Assembly (NCBI GenBank): GCA_010909165.1
Contig: VJWM01000119.1
Location: forward strand, 682,001-746,000
Direction: 5' to 3'
Length of the DNA stretch: 64,000 nt
Origin: Anthoceros angustus
Lineage: Eukaryota > Plantae > Anthocerotophyta
A program made the position numbers and the translations under genes. How positions within the stretch are numbered: the first letter of the stretch is position 1; each line of letters opens with the position of its first letter. This document shows positions 11,224 to 20,632 of the stretch, one piece after another. The notes under the pieces were generated by a model. It was not told the DNA's origin, ran no database searches, and saw only the letters and a list, made by a program, of their open reading frames with translations.

Positions 11224-13524
11224 TCAATGTCGACCCCTACAACTGCAAGAACCACCTGCGAATCGGTGCACACGGTACCCATCCCTTACAACAATGTCTC
11301 TCTGTTCAACCCTTGACATGATCTCTGTGGAACTGTGGCAGTCACTGCACATGCGTAAATTCTTTGTTACCAACAGAGGTGTGCCACTAGGAGTGTTCAA
11401 GAGACCAAAAGCCAGAGCTAGCTTCTCAGCATGCCCGCAAAGCACATCTTCCTTTTCCTTCTCAGGTAGGGGCTTCAGCACCAACTTCGTGTGTGGTACG
11501 TGGCCCCCTTCTTGCTTCAGACGTGCGTTCATGCTCTCTACCTTGACAGCAATATCATCTCTGTTTTCTCCCACCACAAATGTATGTACCTGGTTCTTAA
11601 CCTCAATCCCCGCCACTGCAGGTTTCTTGTTAGCTCCTGCTAGCATTCTTTGTGTTTCAATCCTCTCTACATCGGTCCACATACCTGCATCTGCATACGC
11701 ATTAGCCATGAGCACATACGCAGATGCACCCTGAGGATCTAGTCTAACAAGACTTTCAAAACACCATGCTGCCCTCTCTATATCCCCATAATTTTTGCAG
11801 GCGGTCAGCATAGCCGTCAATGCCACAACATTGATTTGGCTATCAGATGATAATAGTATGTTCTCTGCCTCGTCTAAATGGCCTGCACGCCCAAGAAGAT
11901 CAATCATGCAATTCTTGTGCTCAACAGAAGGTTCGATGCCATGCTGTTCGACCATAGAATCAAAGTGCTTGCGACCCTCGCTCACCAGTCCCTCATGACT
12001 GCATGCTGCTAAGACGCAGGTCAAAGTAGTATCATCAGGCTGAATACCCGCCGCTAACATCTCCTCAAAACAAGAAAGTGCCTTGAGACCTTCATCACAG
12101 GCACCACACCCCGCAATAAGGGACGTCCATGTCACTACATTTTTTGTGGCCAAGCTGTCAAAAACCCGGCGTGCATCTTCCAGTTCACCACATTTTGCAT
12201 ACATGTCCACCAGACAGTTGCCCACAATTACTGCGTCTAGCATTCCTCTCTCGATGATCTGTGAGTGCAGCTGCCTGCCCTTCTGTAAAGCACCAGTGCT
12301 TCCACAGGCCTTCAGAAGGCAACCAAAAGTAATATGGTTACCCACAATCAGACCCTCCTGCTCCATTCTCCCATACAGAACGAGAGCCTCTTGGCCGAGC
12401 CCATGATTTGCATACCCAGCTATCAGGGACGTCCATGTGACCACATCCTTTGTGGCCAAGCTGTCAAAGACCTTGCGCGCATCGTCCAGTGCGCCACATT
12501 TTGCATACATGTCCACCAGGCAGTTGCCAATAAAAAAGTTTGGAGGAAGGCCACTGTGCGCTACATCACCGTGCACTATTCTGCCAGATTCCAAGTCCGC
12601 AGCAAATGCACAAGCTTGAAGGGCTGCTACATACACATGAGCATCCGCCTTCACACCTGAGCTACGCATCTCATGGTACAACTGAATGGCCTCATGAGCT
12701 CTCCCATGTTTAGCATGTGCGGAAATGATGGAAAACCACATGAATGCATCTGGTTTTCCCACCCTGGTGAACACATCCATGGCCTCCTGTAGCTTACCTC
12801 CAGATGCATACATGCGCAAGATATGGTTCCCCAAGTACGTATTAGACTCATAACCAAGTCTAACAGTGAGATCATGAACTCGACGCCCCACAACCAGATC
12901 CCTCTTAGCTGCACACAGTTTTAGCACAGTGTAAAACAGAGACAGAGAAATAGAACAGCCTGTCTGAGCCAGTGATTCCAGGGCTCCAACGGCCTCAGTA
13001 AGCCTCCCCCGGTGGCATAACGTGCTCACGGTCACAGCCGTTACGACACCCATTTCCCATCCTGCACGCCTGTCTGGCTCACGCTTAACGGGAGAGGTCG
13101 ACCTGGAAAGCGTGGCACCATGACCCATCTGCATATCCAAAGAAACCAGCTGCTCATCCACCCAAGCTGGCTTGAACATGTTGTTTAACCAGAGGACCTC
13201 GCCGGACCCCTTACGCCGGAAGTCAGGCGAACGGGAGCTCTGGTTGCCTCGCCTGTTATCCCACCACATGGCAGGGTCCAGAAAAAATTGTCGCCACAAG
13301 AGCTCCTGTTCCTGGCAACCATCATTGGAGGAAAATACTTCCCCAGCCATCCATTTGCTCGGAATTACAACTGGGTTCCTTGCACTGCTGCACCTGTAGG
13401 CTTGACTGTTTGCCAGCGATTGCATATCTAAGGTTCGGTTAGCGGGAGGTCGTCGTAGTAGAATCCCTGGAGACCCTACAATTTGTTGTGCCCACAATGG
13501 TTCCGTTTGCCACATTGTGGCCAT
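11224..13524 (-). CDS. Gene C: intact short PDF-PLS-E1-E2-DYW:KP editing factor (766 aa), C-terminus GRH
   Basis: Uninterrupted ORF: leader, PDF motif, PLS repeats, P2-L2-S2, E1, E2, KKPAVAGIEV...HAEKLA...CSDCH...CSCRGRH. Confidence 0.95.
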   Translation of the reverse strand: MATMWQTEPLWAQQIVGSPGILLRRPPANRTLDMQSLANSQAYRCSSARNPVVIPSKWMAGEVFSSNDGCQEQELLWRQFFLDPAMWWDNRRGNQSSRSPDFRRKGSGEVLWLNNMFKPAWVDEQLVSLDMQMGHGATLSRSTSPVKREPDRRAGWEMGVVTAVTVSTLCHRGRLTEAVGALESLAQTGCSISLSLFYTVLKLCAAKRDLVVGRRVHDLTVRLGYESNTYLGNHILRMYASGGKLQEAMDVFTRVGKPDAFMWFSIISAHAKHGRAHEAIQLYHEMRSSGVKADAHVYVAALQACAFAADLESGRIVHGDVAHSGLPPNFFIGNCLVDMYAKCGALDDARKVFDSLATKDVVTWTSLIAGYANHGLGQEALVLYGRMEQEGLIVGNHITFGCLLKACGSTGALQKGRQLHSQIIERGMLDAVIVGNCLVDMYAKCGELEDARRVFDSLATKNVVTWTSLIAGCGACDEGLKALSCFEEMLAAGIQPDDTTLTCVLAACSHEGLVSEGRKHFDSMVEQHGIEPSVEHKNCMIDLLGRAGHLDEAENILLSSDSQINVVALTAMLTACKNYGDIERAAWCFESLVRLDPQGASAYVLMANAYADAGMWTDVERIETQRMLAGANKKPAVAGIEVKNQVHTFVVGENRDDIAVKVESMNARLKQEGGHVPHTKLVLKPLPEKEKEDVLCGHAEKLALAFGLLNTPSGTPLLVTKNLRMCSDCHSSTEIMSRVEQRDIVVRDGYRVHRFAGGSCSCRGRH

Positions 13525-13818
13525 CTTTCAGGCCGTCTTTCGATTACCAGACGCACACCAAGCTATGCCGGCGCCGCCAGGACGCCTAGGTACCGTGCAT
13601 GTCTTGAACACACGACCTGTGTAGCAAGGGAAGTGCTGGCTGCTGGCCGCTACACCAAAACAAAAACGAAACAGAGATATACTTCTAACGTGCTCGATAG
13701 ATACACTAAAGACGATCCCGGCAAAGACGATATGTGCATTTTTGTTTTGGACCATGTTGGCAGTCCCGGCCCACAGAGTTTGTTCTGCGTCTCATCTCTC
13801 GAAAGCAGTGCAAGTAAG
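13525..13818. promoter_or_regulatory. Candidate bidirectional promoter between head-to-head genes C and D
   Basis: Only ~294 bp separate the two inferred ATGs. Positional inference only. Confidence 0.35.
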
Positions 13819-16800
13819 ATGGCCAGAGGATGCCAATCGGATCCATTGTGGGCACAACAATGTGGTGGGTGTTCAGGGATTCTACGAGGTTCTCCCGCTC
13901 ACGTCACCTTAGACAGTCTGCAGCTTGCAAACAACCAAGCCTCCAGGTGCAGCAGCAGCAGTGTGAGGAACCAAGCAGTTTTGAGAAAATGGTTGGCTGG
14001 GAAAGGACGTTTCGGCGATGGTCGTTGCCAGGACAAGGAGCTTTTGAGGCGCAATTTTTTTCTGGACTCGGCCATGCAGTGGGATAAGAGCCGAGGTACG
14101 AAGAGCTCCCGTTCGTCTGACTTCCGGGCGAAGAAGGAGACCGGGGAGGTCCTCTGGTTGAACAGGTTGTTCGAGCCAGCTTGGGTGGATGAGGAACTCG
14201 TTCCTCTGGAAATGCAGATGGGTCATGGCGCCTCCTTTTCCAAGTCGAGCTCTCCGGGGAAGCCTGAGCGTGGCAGGCGTGCAGGATCCGCGATGGGCGT
14301 CCTGACCGCTGGAACCGTGAGCTCGTTATGTGAGCAGGGTCAGCTTACTGAGGCCGTTCGGGCCCTGGAGTATCTGGCGCTGACTGACTGTCCTATTCCT
14401 CACTCTCTCTTTTACGCTGTGCTGAAACTGTGTGCAAATAAGAAGGATCTGATCAGGGGGCGACGAGTTCATGATCTCACTGTCAAACTTGGGTACGAGT
14501 CTAGTACATTCCTGGGGAACCATATCTTGCGCATGTATGCATGTGCAGGTAGGCTGCAGGAGGCTATGGATGTGTTCACCAGGGTGGGAAAACCAGATGC
14601 CTTCATGTGGTCTTCCATAATCTCCGCACATTCTAAACACGGGAAACCTAAGGAGGCCATTCAGCTGTACCATGAGATGCGTCGCTCGGGTGTGAAGGCG
14701 AATGCTCAAGTGTATGTAGCAGCCCTTCAAGCTTGTGCGTTTGCTGCGGACCTGGAATCTGGGAGAAATGTGCATTGTGATGTGTTGCACAGTGGCAGCC
14801 CCCCTAACTTGTTTGTTGGCAACTGCCTGGTGGACATGTATGCAAAATGTGGCGAACTGAAAGATGCACGCAAGATTTTTGACAGTATGGTGACCAAGGA
14901 TGTTGTGACATGGACGTCCCTGATAGCTGGGTATGCAAATCATGGGCTCGGCCGAGAGGCGCTTGTTGTGTATGGACATATGGAGCAGGAGGGCCTGATT
15001 GTGGCAGACCATATTACTTTGGTATGCCTTTTGAAAGCCTGTGCAAGCGCTGGTGACTTACTGAAGGGCAAGCAGCTGCACTGCCAGATTGTGGAAAGAG
15101 GACTCCTCTATAACACACTTGTGGGCAACTGCCTGGTGGACATGTATGCGAAATGTGGTGAACTGAAGAAAGCACGGCAGGTGTTTGAGAGCTTGCCCAC
15201 AAAGGATGTGGTGACATGGACGTCCCTAATTGCTGGGTATGCAGAGCAAGGTCTCGGTCAAGAGGCACTTATTTTGTATGGACTTATGGAGGAGGAGGCT
15301 CTGATTGTGGGTAACCATGTTACTTTCGCTTGCCTTCTTAAGGCCTGTGCAAGTGCAGGTGCCTTACAGACGGGCAGGCAGCTGCACTCTCAGATTGTGG
15401 AGAGGGGAGTAGATAACATACTTGTGGGCACTTGCCTGGTGGACATGTATGCTAAGTGTGGTGAACTGGAAGATGCACGCTGGGTTTTTGACGGCTTGGC
15501 CACCAAAAATGTGGTGACATGGAATGCCCTGATTGTTGGGTATGCAAATCATGGGCTGGGTCAAGAGGCGCTTGTTCTATATGGACAGATGGAACAGGAG
15601 GGACTGATTGTTGGGGATGAGGTTACTTTTGCTTCCCTTCTGAAGGCATGTGCTAGCGCTGGTGCCTTACAGAAGGGCAGGCAGCTGCACTCACAGATTG
15701 TGGAAAGAGGACTGTTAGATAACATACTTGTGGGCAACTGCCTGGTAGACATGTATTCGAAATGTGGTGAACTACAAGATGCACGCAGGGTCTTTGACAG
15801 CTTGGTGACAAAGGATGTGGTGACGTGGACAGCCTTGATTTCTGGGTATTCAAATTATGGGCTCGGCCAAGAGGCACTTGTTCTCTATGGACTAATGGTT
15901 CAGCAGGGCCTTATTGTGGGTAACCATGTCACTTTTGCTTGCCTTCTGAAGGCCTGTGCAAGCACTGGTGCCTTACAAGAGGGCCGGCAGCTGCACTCGC
16001 AGATTGTTGATAGAGGATTGCTAGATAACACACTTGTCGGAACTGGCCTTGTCAACATGTATGCAAAGTGTGGTGAACTGGAAGATGCACGCCATGTTTT
16101 TGACAGCTTGACCACAAAGGATGTGATGACATGGACGGCTCTGATTGCTGGGTATGCACAGCAAGGTCTTGGTCAAGATGCACTTGTTCTGTATGGACTA
16201 ATGGAGCAAGAGGGCCTGATTGTAGCTGACCATGTTACATTTGCTTCCCTTCTTAAGGCTTGTACAAGCGCTGGTGCCCTACAGAAGGGCAGGCAGCTGC
16301 ACTCACAGATTGTGGAAAGAGGGGAGCTAGATAATGTGTTGGGCAACTGCCTGGTGGACATGTATGCAAAATGTGGCGACCTGGAAGCTGCACGGGGTGT
16401 TTTTGACACCTTGCCCACAAAGGATGTGGTGACATGGAATTCCTTGATAGCTGGATATGGTACTTGTGATGAAGGTCACAACGCACTAGCTTGTTTTGAG
16501 GACATGTTAGTCTCCGGTATTCAGCCTGATGATGCTACTTTTACTTGCCTTTTAGCAGCATGCAGTCATGGGGGACTTGTGAAAGAGGGTCGCAAGCACT
16601 TTGATTCCATGGTTGAACTTCATGGCGTCCATCCCAGAATTGAGCATTACAATTGCATGATAGATCTTCTCGGGCGTGCAGGCCATTTAGATGACGCAGA
16701 GAACATGCTATTTTCATTTGAGGGCCCAAGCAATGTTGTGGGGTTGATGTCTTTGCTGAATGCCTGCAAAAGTCACGGGGATATAGAGCGGGCAACGCGG

Positions 16801-17340
16801 TGTTTTGAAAATCTCATTACACTGGAGCCCCAGCGCGCATCTGCCTATGTGCTAATGGCCAATGTCTATGCAGATGCAGGTAGGTGGACTGATGTAGAGA
16901 GGATTGAGACGAGGAGATTGGTTGCAGGAGCTAACAAGAAACCTGCAGTGGCCGGCATTGAGGTGAAGAAGAAGGTACATACGTTTGTGGTGGGCGAAAA
17001 CAGAGATGATATTGCACTTAAGGTAGATAGCATGAATGCACGCCTGAAGCAGGAAGGGGGCCACAGACCACACACAAGGTTGGTGTTGAAGCCCCTGTCT
17101 GAGAAGGAGAAGGAAGATGTTCTTTGCGGGCATGCGGAGAAGCTAGCTCTGGCGTTTGGTCTCTTGAACACACCGAGTGGGTCACCCTTGTTGGTGACAA
17201 AGAATCTACGAATGTGCAGTGATTGCCACAGTTCCACGGAGATCATGTCACGGGTTGAAAGTAGAGAGATTGTTGTAAGGGATGGGTATCGTGTGCATCG
17301 ATTTGCAGCTGGTTGTTGCAGTTGTAAGGGTCGACCGTGA
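13819..17340 (+). CDS. Gene D: intact long PLS-E1-E2-DYW:KP (GRP) factor, ~1173 aa from the paralog-aligned ATG; PDF motif degenerate
   Basis: Open frame 13483-17340. The ATG at 13819 (MARGCQSDPLW) aligns with the paralog starts. Ends HAEKLA...CSDCH...CSCKGRP. Confidence 0.93.
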   Translation: MARGCQSDPLWAQQCGGCSGILRGSPAHVTLDSLQLANNQASRCSSSSVRNQAVLRKWLAGKGRFGDGRCQDKELLRRNFFLDSAMQWDKSRGTKSSRSSDFRAKKETGEVLWLNRLFEPAWVDEELVPLEMQMGHGASFSKSSSPGKPERGRRAGSAMGVLTAGTVSSLCEQGQLTEAVRALEYLALTDCPIPHSLFYAVLKLCANKKDLIRGRRVHDLTVKLGYESSTFLGNHILRMYACAGRLQEAMDVFTRVGKPDAFMWSSIISAHSKHGKPKEAIQLYHEMRRSGVKANAQVYVAALQACAFAADLESGRNVHCDVLHSGSPPNLFVGNCLVDMYAKCGELKDARKIFDSMVTKDVVTWTSLIAGYANHGLGREALVVYGHMEQEGLIVADHITLVCLLKACASAGDLLKGKQLHCQIVERGLLYNTLVGNCLVDMYAKCGELKKARQVFESLPTKDVVTWTSLIAGYAEQGLGQEALILYGLMEEEALIVGNHVTFACLLKACASAGALQTGRQLHSQIVERGVDNILVGTCLVDMYAKCGELEDARWVFDGLATKNVVTWNALIVGYANHGLGQEALVLYGQMEQEGLIVGDEVTFASLLKACASAGALQKGRQLHSQIVERGLLDNILVGNCLVDMYSKCGELQDARRVFDSLVTKDVVTWTALISGYSNYGLGQEALVLYGLMVQQGLIVGNHVTFACLLKACASTGALQEGRQLHSQIVDRGLLDNTLVGTGLVNMYAKCGELEDARHVFDSLTTKDVMTWTALIAGYAQQGLGQDALVLYGLMEQEGLIVADHVTFASLLKACTSAGALQKGRQLHSQIVERGELDNVLGNCLVDMYAKCGDLEAARGVFDTLPTKDVVTWNSLIAGYGTCDEGHNALACFEDMLVSGIQPDDATFTCLLAACSHGGLVKEGRKHFDSMVELHGVHPRIEHYNCMIDLLGRAGHLDDAENMLFSFEGPSNVVGLMSLLNACKSHGDIERATRCFENLITLEPQRASAYVLMANVYADAGRWTDVERIETRRLVAGANKKPAVAGIEVKKKVHTFVVGENRDDIALKVDSMNARLKQEGGHRPHTRLVLKPLSEKEKEDVLCGHAEKLALAFGLLNTPSGSPLLVTKNLRMCSDCHSSTEIMSRVESREIVVRDGYRVHRFAAGCCSCKGRP

Positions 17341-18299
17341 GAATGGAGATCTAGCCAGTGCCCAGCAGGCTTGCATCTGAGAGTTGCGGGAAGTATCTGC
17401 AGTTGGTTCCGATAGGAGGTGGTGGACAGGGAGCCCCCAAGCATATGATATGAACTTGTGCACTTGTCCCGGAACCATGTTTCTTGGCAATGCTGTTGCA
17501 TGGGTTTATTGTATGGGTATTGCTCGGGCCGGACAAGAGAAGGTCTGTTTGAAGATGGGTTAGCAAGATGGTAGGAGGATGGCACGCAATGGACATAGTT
17601 GGTGTCTAGGCCTCCTGAGGATGGTCAGAACTTCTTCGAAGCTGGATGTGGGAGGTTTTGGAGGGAGGACAATTCAGGCTACTACGACATCGATGGATTG
17701 CCGGTGCAGAGAGTGCCTGCATGATAGGAGGTTTGGAGGGAGAACATGTCAGGCTGCAGGTACAGGGGGTCCCTCAAAGGAAACCAAGCAGTGTTGGGGA
17801 CAGCAAACGAGTTACTAGCCGCCAAGCAGACAGTAGGTAGCAGTATGCAAGACTCAACACACGGTTGCACCTTGCAATCATGGCGAGATGAGCAATGGAG
17901 ATCTAAGGAAATGGGAGGAGCCCAGCTCTGAACGTCAGCCAAGGTATAACAGAGCTCGGGCTTTTGGCCTTCAGCGATACTTTCCAAACTTTGGAGCATC
18001 ATCACTACACCACGACACAACGTATACTCTGTACTCTGGTCATCAGCGATGGTCTACTCATCCTGCCCCAATCTTCTGCTTCTGTCAACCTTCTTCCTTT
18101 CAGAGACTATCATACCTAAGTATCCTGACTGGTCAGGGCATCCATCTAAATCGGGCAAGGTCTCGAAAGGGCAGCATCCACGTTGCAGCGACAGCAAGAC
18201 CCTGTCCTTTTTCAACTGGCAGGGTGCTTTCAATCAGCGGTCGTTGCCATCGCTGAACCGTCCCTGCTGACGGTCGTGTGGTCGCGCGCAATGCCTACA

Positions 18300-18730
18300 C
18301 ATGTGGCCAGCAAATTGGTGGATGTACAGGGAATTTACAAGAAGCTCCCGCTCACCTGGCCTTAGGGAGTCAGACCGTGGCAAACAAGCAAGCCTCCAGA
18401 TGCTACAATGTAACGTACTAAGCACTTCCGAGAACATGGGTAGCTGAGGAAAGGTTTTGCAGCGATGGTGGTCGCCAGGAGCAGAGGCAGCAGCAGAAGG
18501 AGCTCTTGCGGCGACAATTTTTTCAGGATCTTGCCGTGTAGTGGGATCAAACACTGACCACACGACAGTCTCTTGAACACTCCTGTGACACCTCTGGTGG
18601 TAAAGAACGACGTACGCATGTGCAGTGACTACCACAGTTCCACGGACAGTCATTGAAGGTAACAGAATGGGACATTGTGGTAAGGAATGGGTACCGTGTG
18701 GACGATTTGCACTTGGTGTAAGGGTAGAAT
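18300..18730 (+). pseudogene. Internally deleted PPR-DYW:KP relic: N-terminal leader/partial PDF joined via ~20 bp of filler to the DYW C-terminal half
   Basis: tgtggccagcaaattggtggatgtacaggg...gagctcttgcggcgacaattttttcaggatcttgccgtgtagtgggat, then caaacactgaccacacgaca, then gtctcttgaacactcc...cgcatgtgcagtgactaccacagttcc...gggtaccgtgtggacgatttgc. Stops and indels present. Confidence 0.8.
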
Positions 18731-18904
18731 GAAGAAACAGCGCTGAGGTCAGTCCCAGCAGGAGGGGGAAGACTCAATTACACTGTCCCAGTAATAATTA
18801 ATCAATAATTATTGGAACAGGATGGGCTTAGTCTCCCCTCCCCCAGCCAACAAGCGGTGGCTCAGTCCAGTGACTTTTAACCGTGGGCCTCTTGGAACAG
18901 TCTA

Positions 18905-20420
18905 AGCCTTTGGCACTAATAATCTATATATCAGGCAATAAGATACCCCACGTTCATTGCGAATCTAGTCTAATCAAAATTACTTAGTTATCTACTTTGA
19001 ATATCTTACATTCCAAAATTCTCTACATATATATATATGCTCGATTGGCAAACAATGCCGGGCTAACATCCCATCGGCAAACATGCCGGGCGAACATCCT
19101 GGCCGAGGTACGAGACTACCCACTAGAAATTCACACCCTGAAAGAAGTAATCAACTTCATAAACAAGGTCATGAGACAGGAGCACGATAGGCTATCAAAT
19201 CTAGCTCTCAGGCTTTCCGGACAAACATGCTTGCTTAAGCAAAGAGGCTGGGCTCACGACATGGAACCTGGCTCTAGAGATCGGCTCTACCAACAAAGGA
19301 CACCACCATTGTCACCCTGACCAGATTCAGCAAGCATACCTTTGAGATCGGATCTACCAACAAAGGACACCGCCATTGTCACCCTGACCAGATTCAGCAA
19401 GTACCTTTGAGATCGGATCTACCAACAAAGGACACCGCCATTGTCACCCTGACCAGATTCAGCAAGCATACCTTTGAGATCGGATCTACCAACAAAGGAC
19501 ACCGCCATTGTCACCGACTGATTCAAGAAGCATACCTTTGAAAACTACGGGCTAATCGCGACTGGACATTGTGCACTATGCCCTTCACATCAACCAGGGA
19601 GAAGATGAATAGTAGAGATATATACTTGCACATGAACATGCCCACGATGATGGTGCGACAGCTCGCCACATTCAGGATAAGGTAGTCACAACTAGTGGTT
19701 CACTAGTTATTACATGACGAGGATTCCTACCACACAGGGAAAGGCTATGCTAGGGCTGCATCATAATGGACATTGACGACCAAGCCCACTTCCTATTCTT
19801 CTGCCAGCATCATCAGAAGCAAAGAAGCTCACACAATGCTATTTGAGACAGTCCGCAACATCCAAGACATGAGCAGAGTCCACTGGAGATTCTTGGGAGC
19901 TTCTTCCTCCTTCTTGAGATCCTTGGGTACCCAATACTACAATCTTGTTTCATAGAAGCTATGACGATCTTATGAAACCTATAGTATATCCTTGAGGATC
20001 GACACACTAGGTTAATCTAATTGTTTGTTTAAAGGTACTTTGTAAATCGTCCCAGTTTTCTAGACGCGCCGGCCTCCCTTGTGTGAGGTCTTCCGAGATC
20101 ACCCTTTGATACTAATAGTAAAATTTAAGGAGCAGCTTTTAGTCCTTGGTCTTTCGCTTTGCTTCATGCAACTTAGGAGTTTCTCTGGTGCTTGGTCCTT
20201 GGATTTCCAATTTATAAAAAAATAATTTATTCATTCTCTTAAACGTTTTTTTGTTTCTCTACATGGCTATACTTTAGGTAAGCTTTTGGAACTAATATCA
20301 CACAATAAAATACCTCACATTCATTGCGAATTAGTCGAATCAAAATTACTTAGTTATCTATTTTGAATATCTTACTCTTCTAAAATTCTCTGTACATCCA
20401 TATGCTCAATTGGGAACACA
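18905..20420. repeat. Pair of diverged ~140-bp direct repeats (~18905-19050 and ~20280-20420) flanking ~1.2 kb; possible non-autonomous retroelement remnant
   Basis: Both contain cattcattgcgaat.tagtc.aatcaaaattacttagttatcta.tttgaatatcttac....c.aaaattctct. No clear TG..CA ends, PBS or TSD seen. Confidence 0.5.
19277..19540. repeat. 67-bp minisatellite, ~4 copies (inverted copy ~57907-58160)
   Basis: Unit gagatcggatctaccaacaaaggacaccgccattgtcaccctgaccagattcagcaagcataccttt, starting at 19277, 19344, 19409 and 19476. Confidence 0.9.
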
Positions 20421-20632
20421 AACAACGGGGTGCAGGAAGTAGATCCACCTAAAAAACGAGGCTGCTGTCCTACAGGCACTTGGTGTATCATGCCAGGAGA
20501 CAAGGAGTACAGCACTTGCTTACACACGGCGCTTGCTATAAGGGTGCTATGGTGGTGCACAGTACTTCGGCGTCCTGCCACGGCCTACATAGTCCATTGT
20601 GGTCCTCGTCCTCCGAAAGAGGAGCCTGCAGG

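Noticed and set aside
13483-13818. N-terminal extensions predicted by the ORF track for D, E (20480) and G (31859)
   Set aside because: They rely on non-ATG starts. The paralogs align at a downstream ATG, and the equivalent upstream frame in B contains stops. An upstream exon cannot be fully excluded.
19277-19540. Regular repeats as a possible CRISPR array (also 44957-45232 and 24728-24800)
   Set aside because: The units are contiguous tandem copies without unique spacers, there are no cas genes, and the context is eukaryotic.
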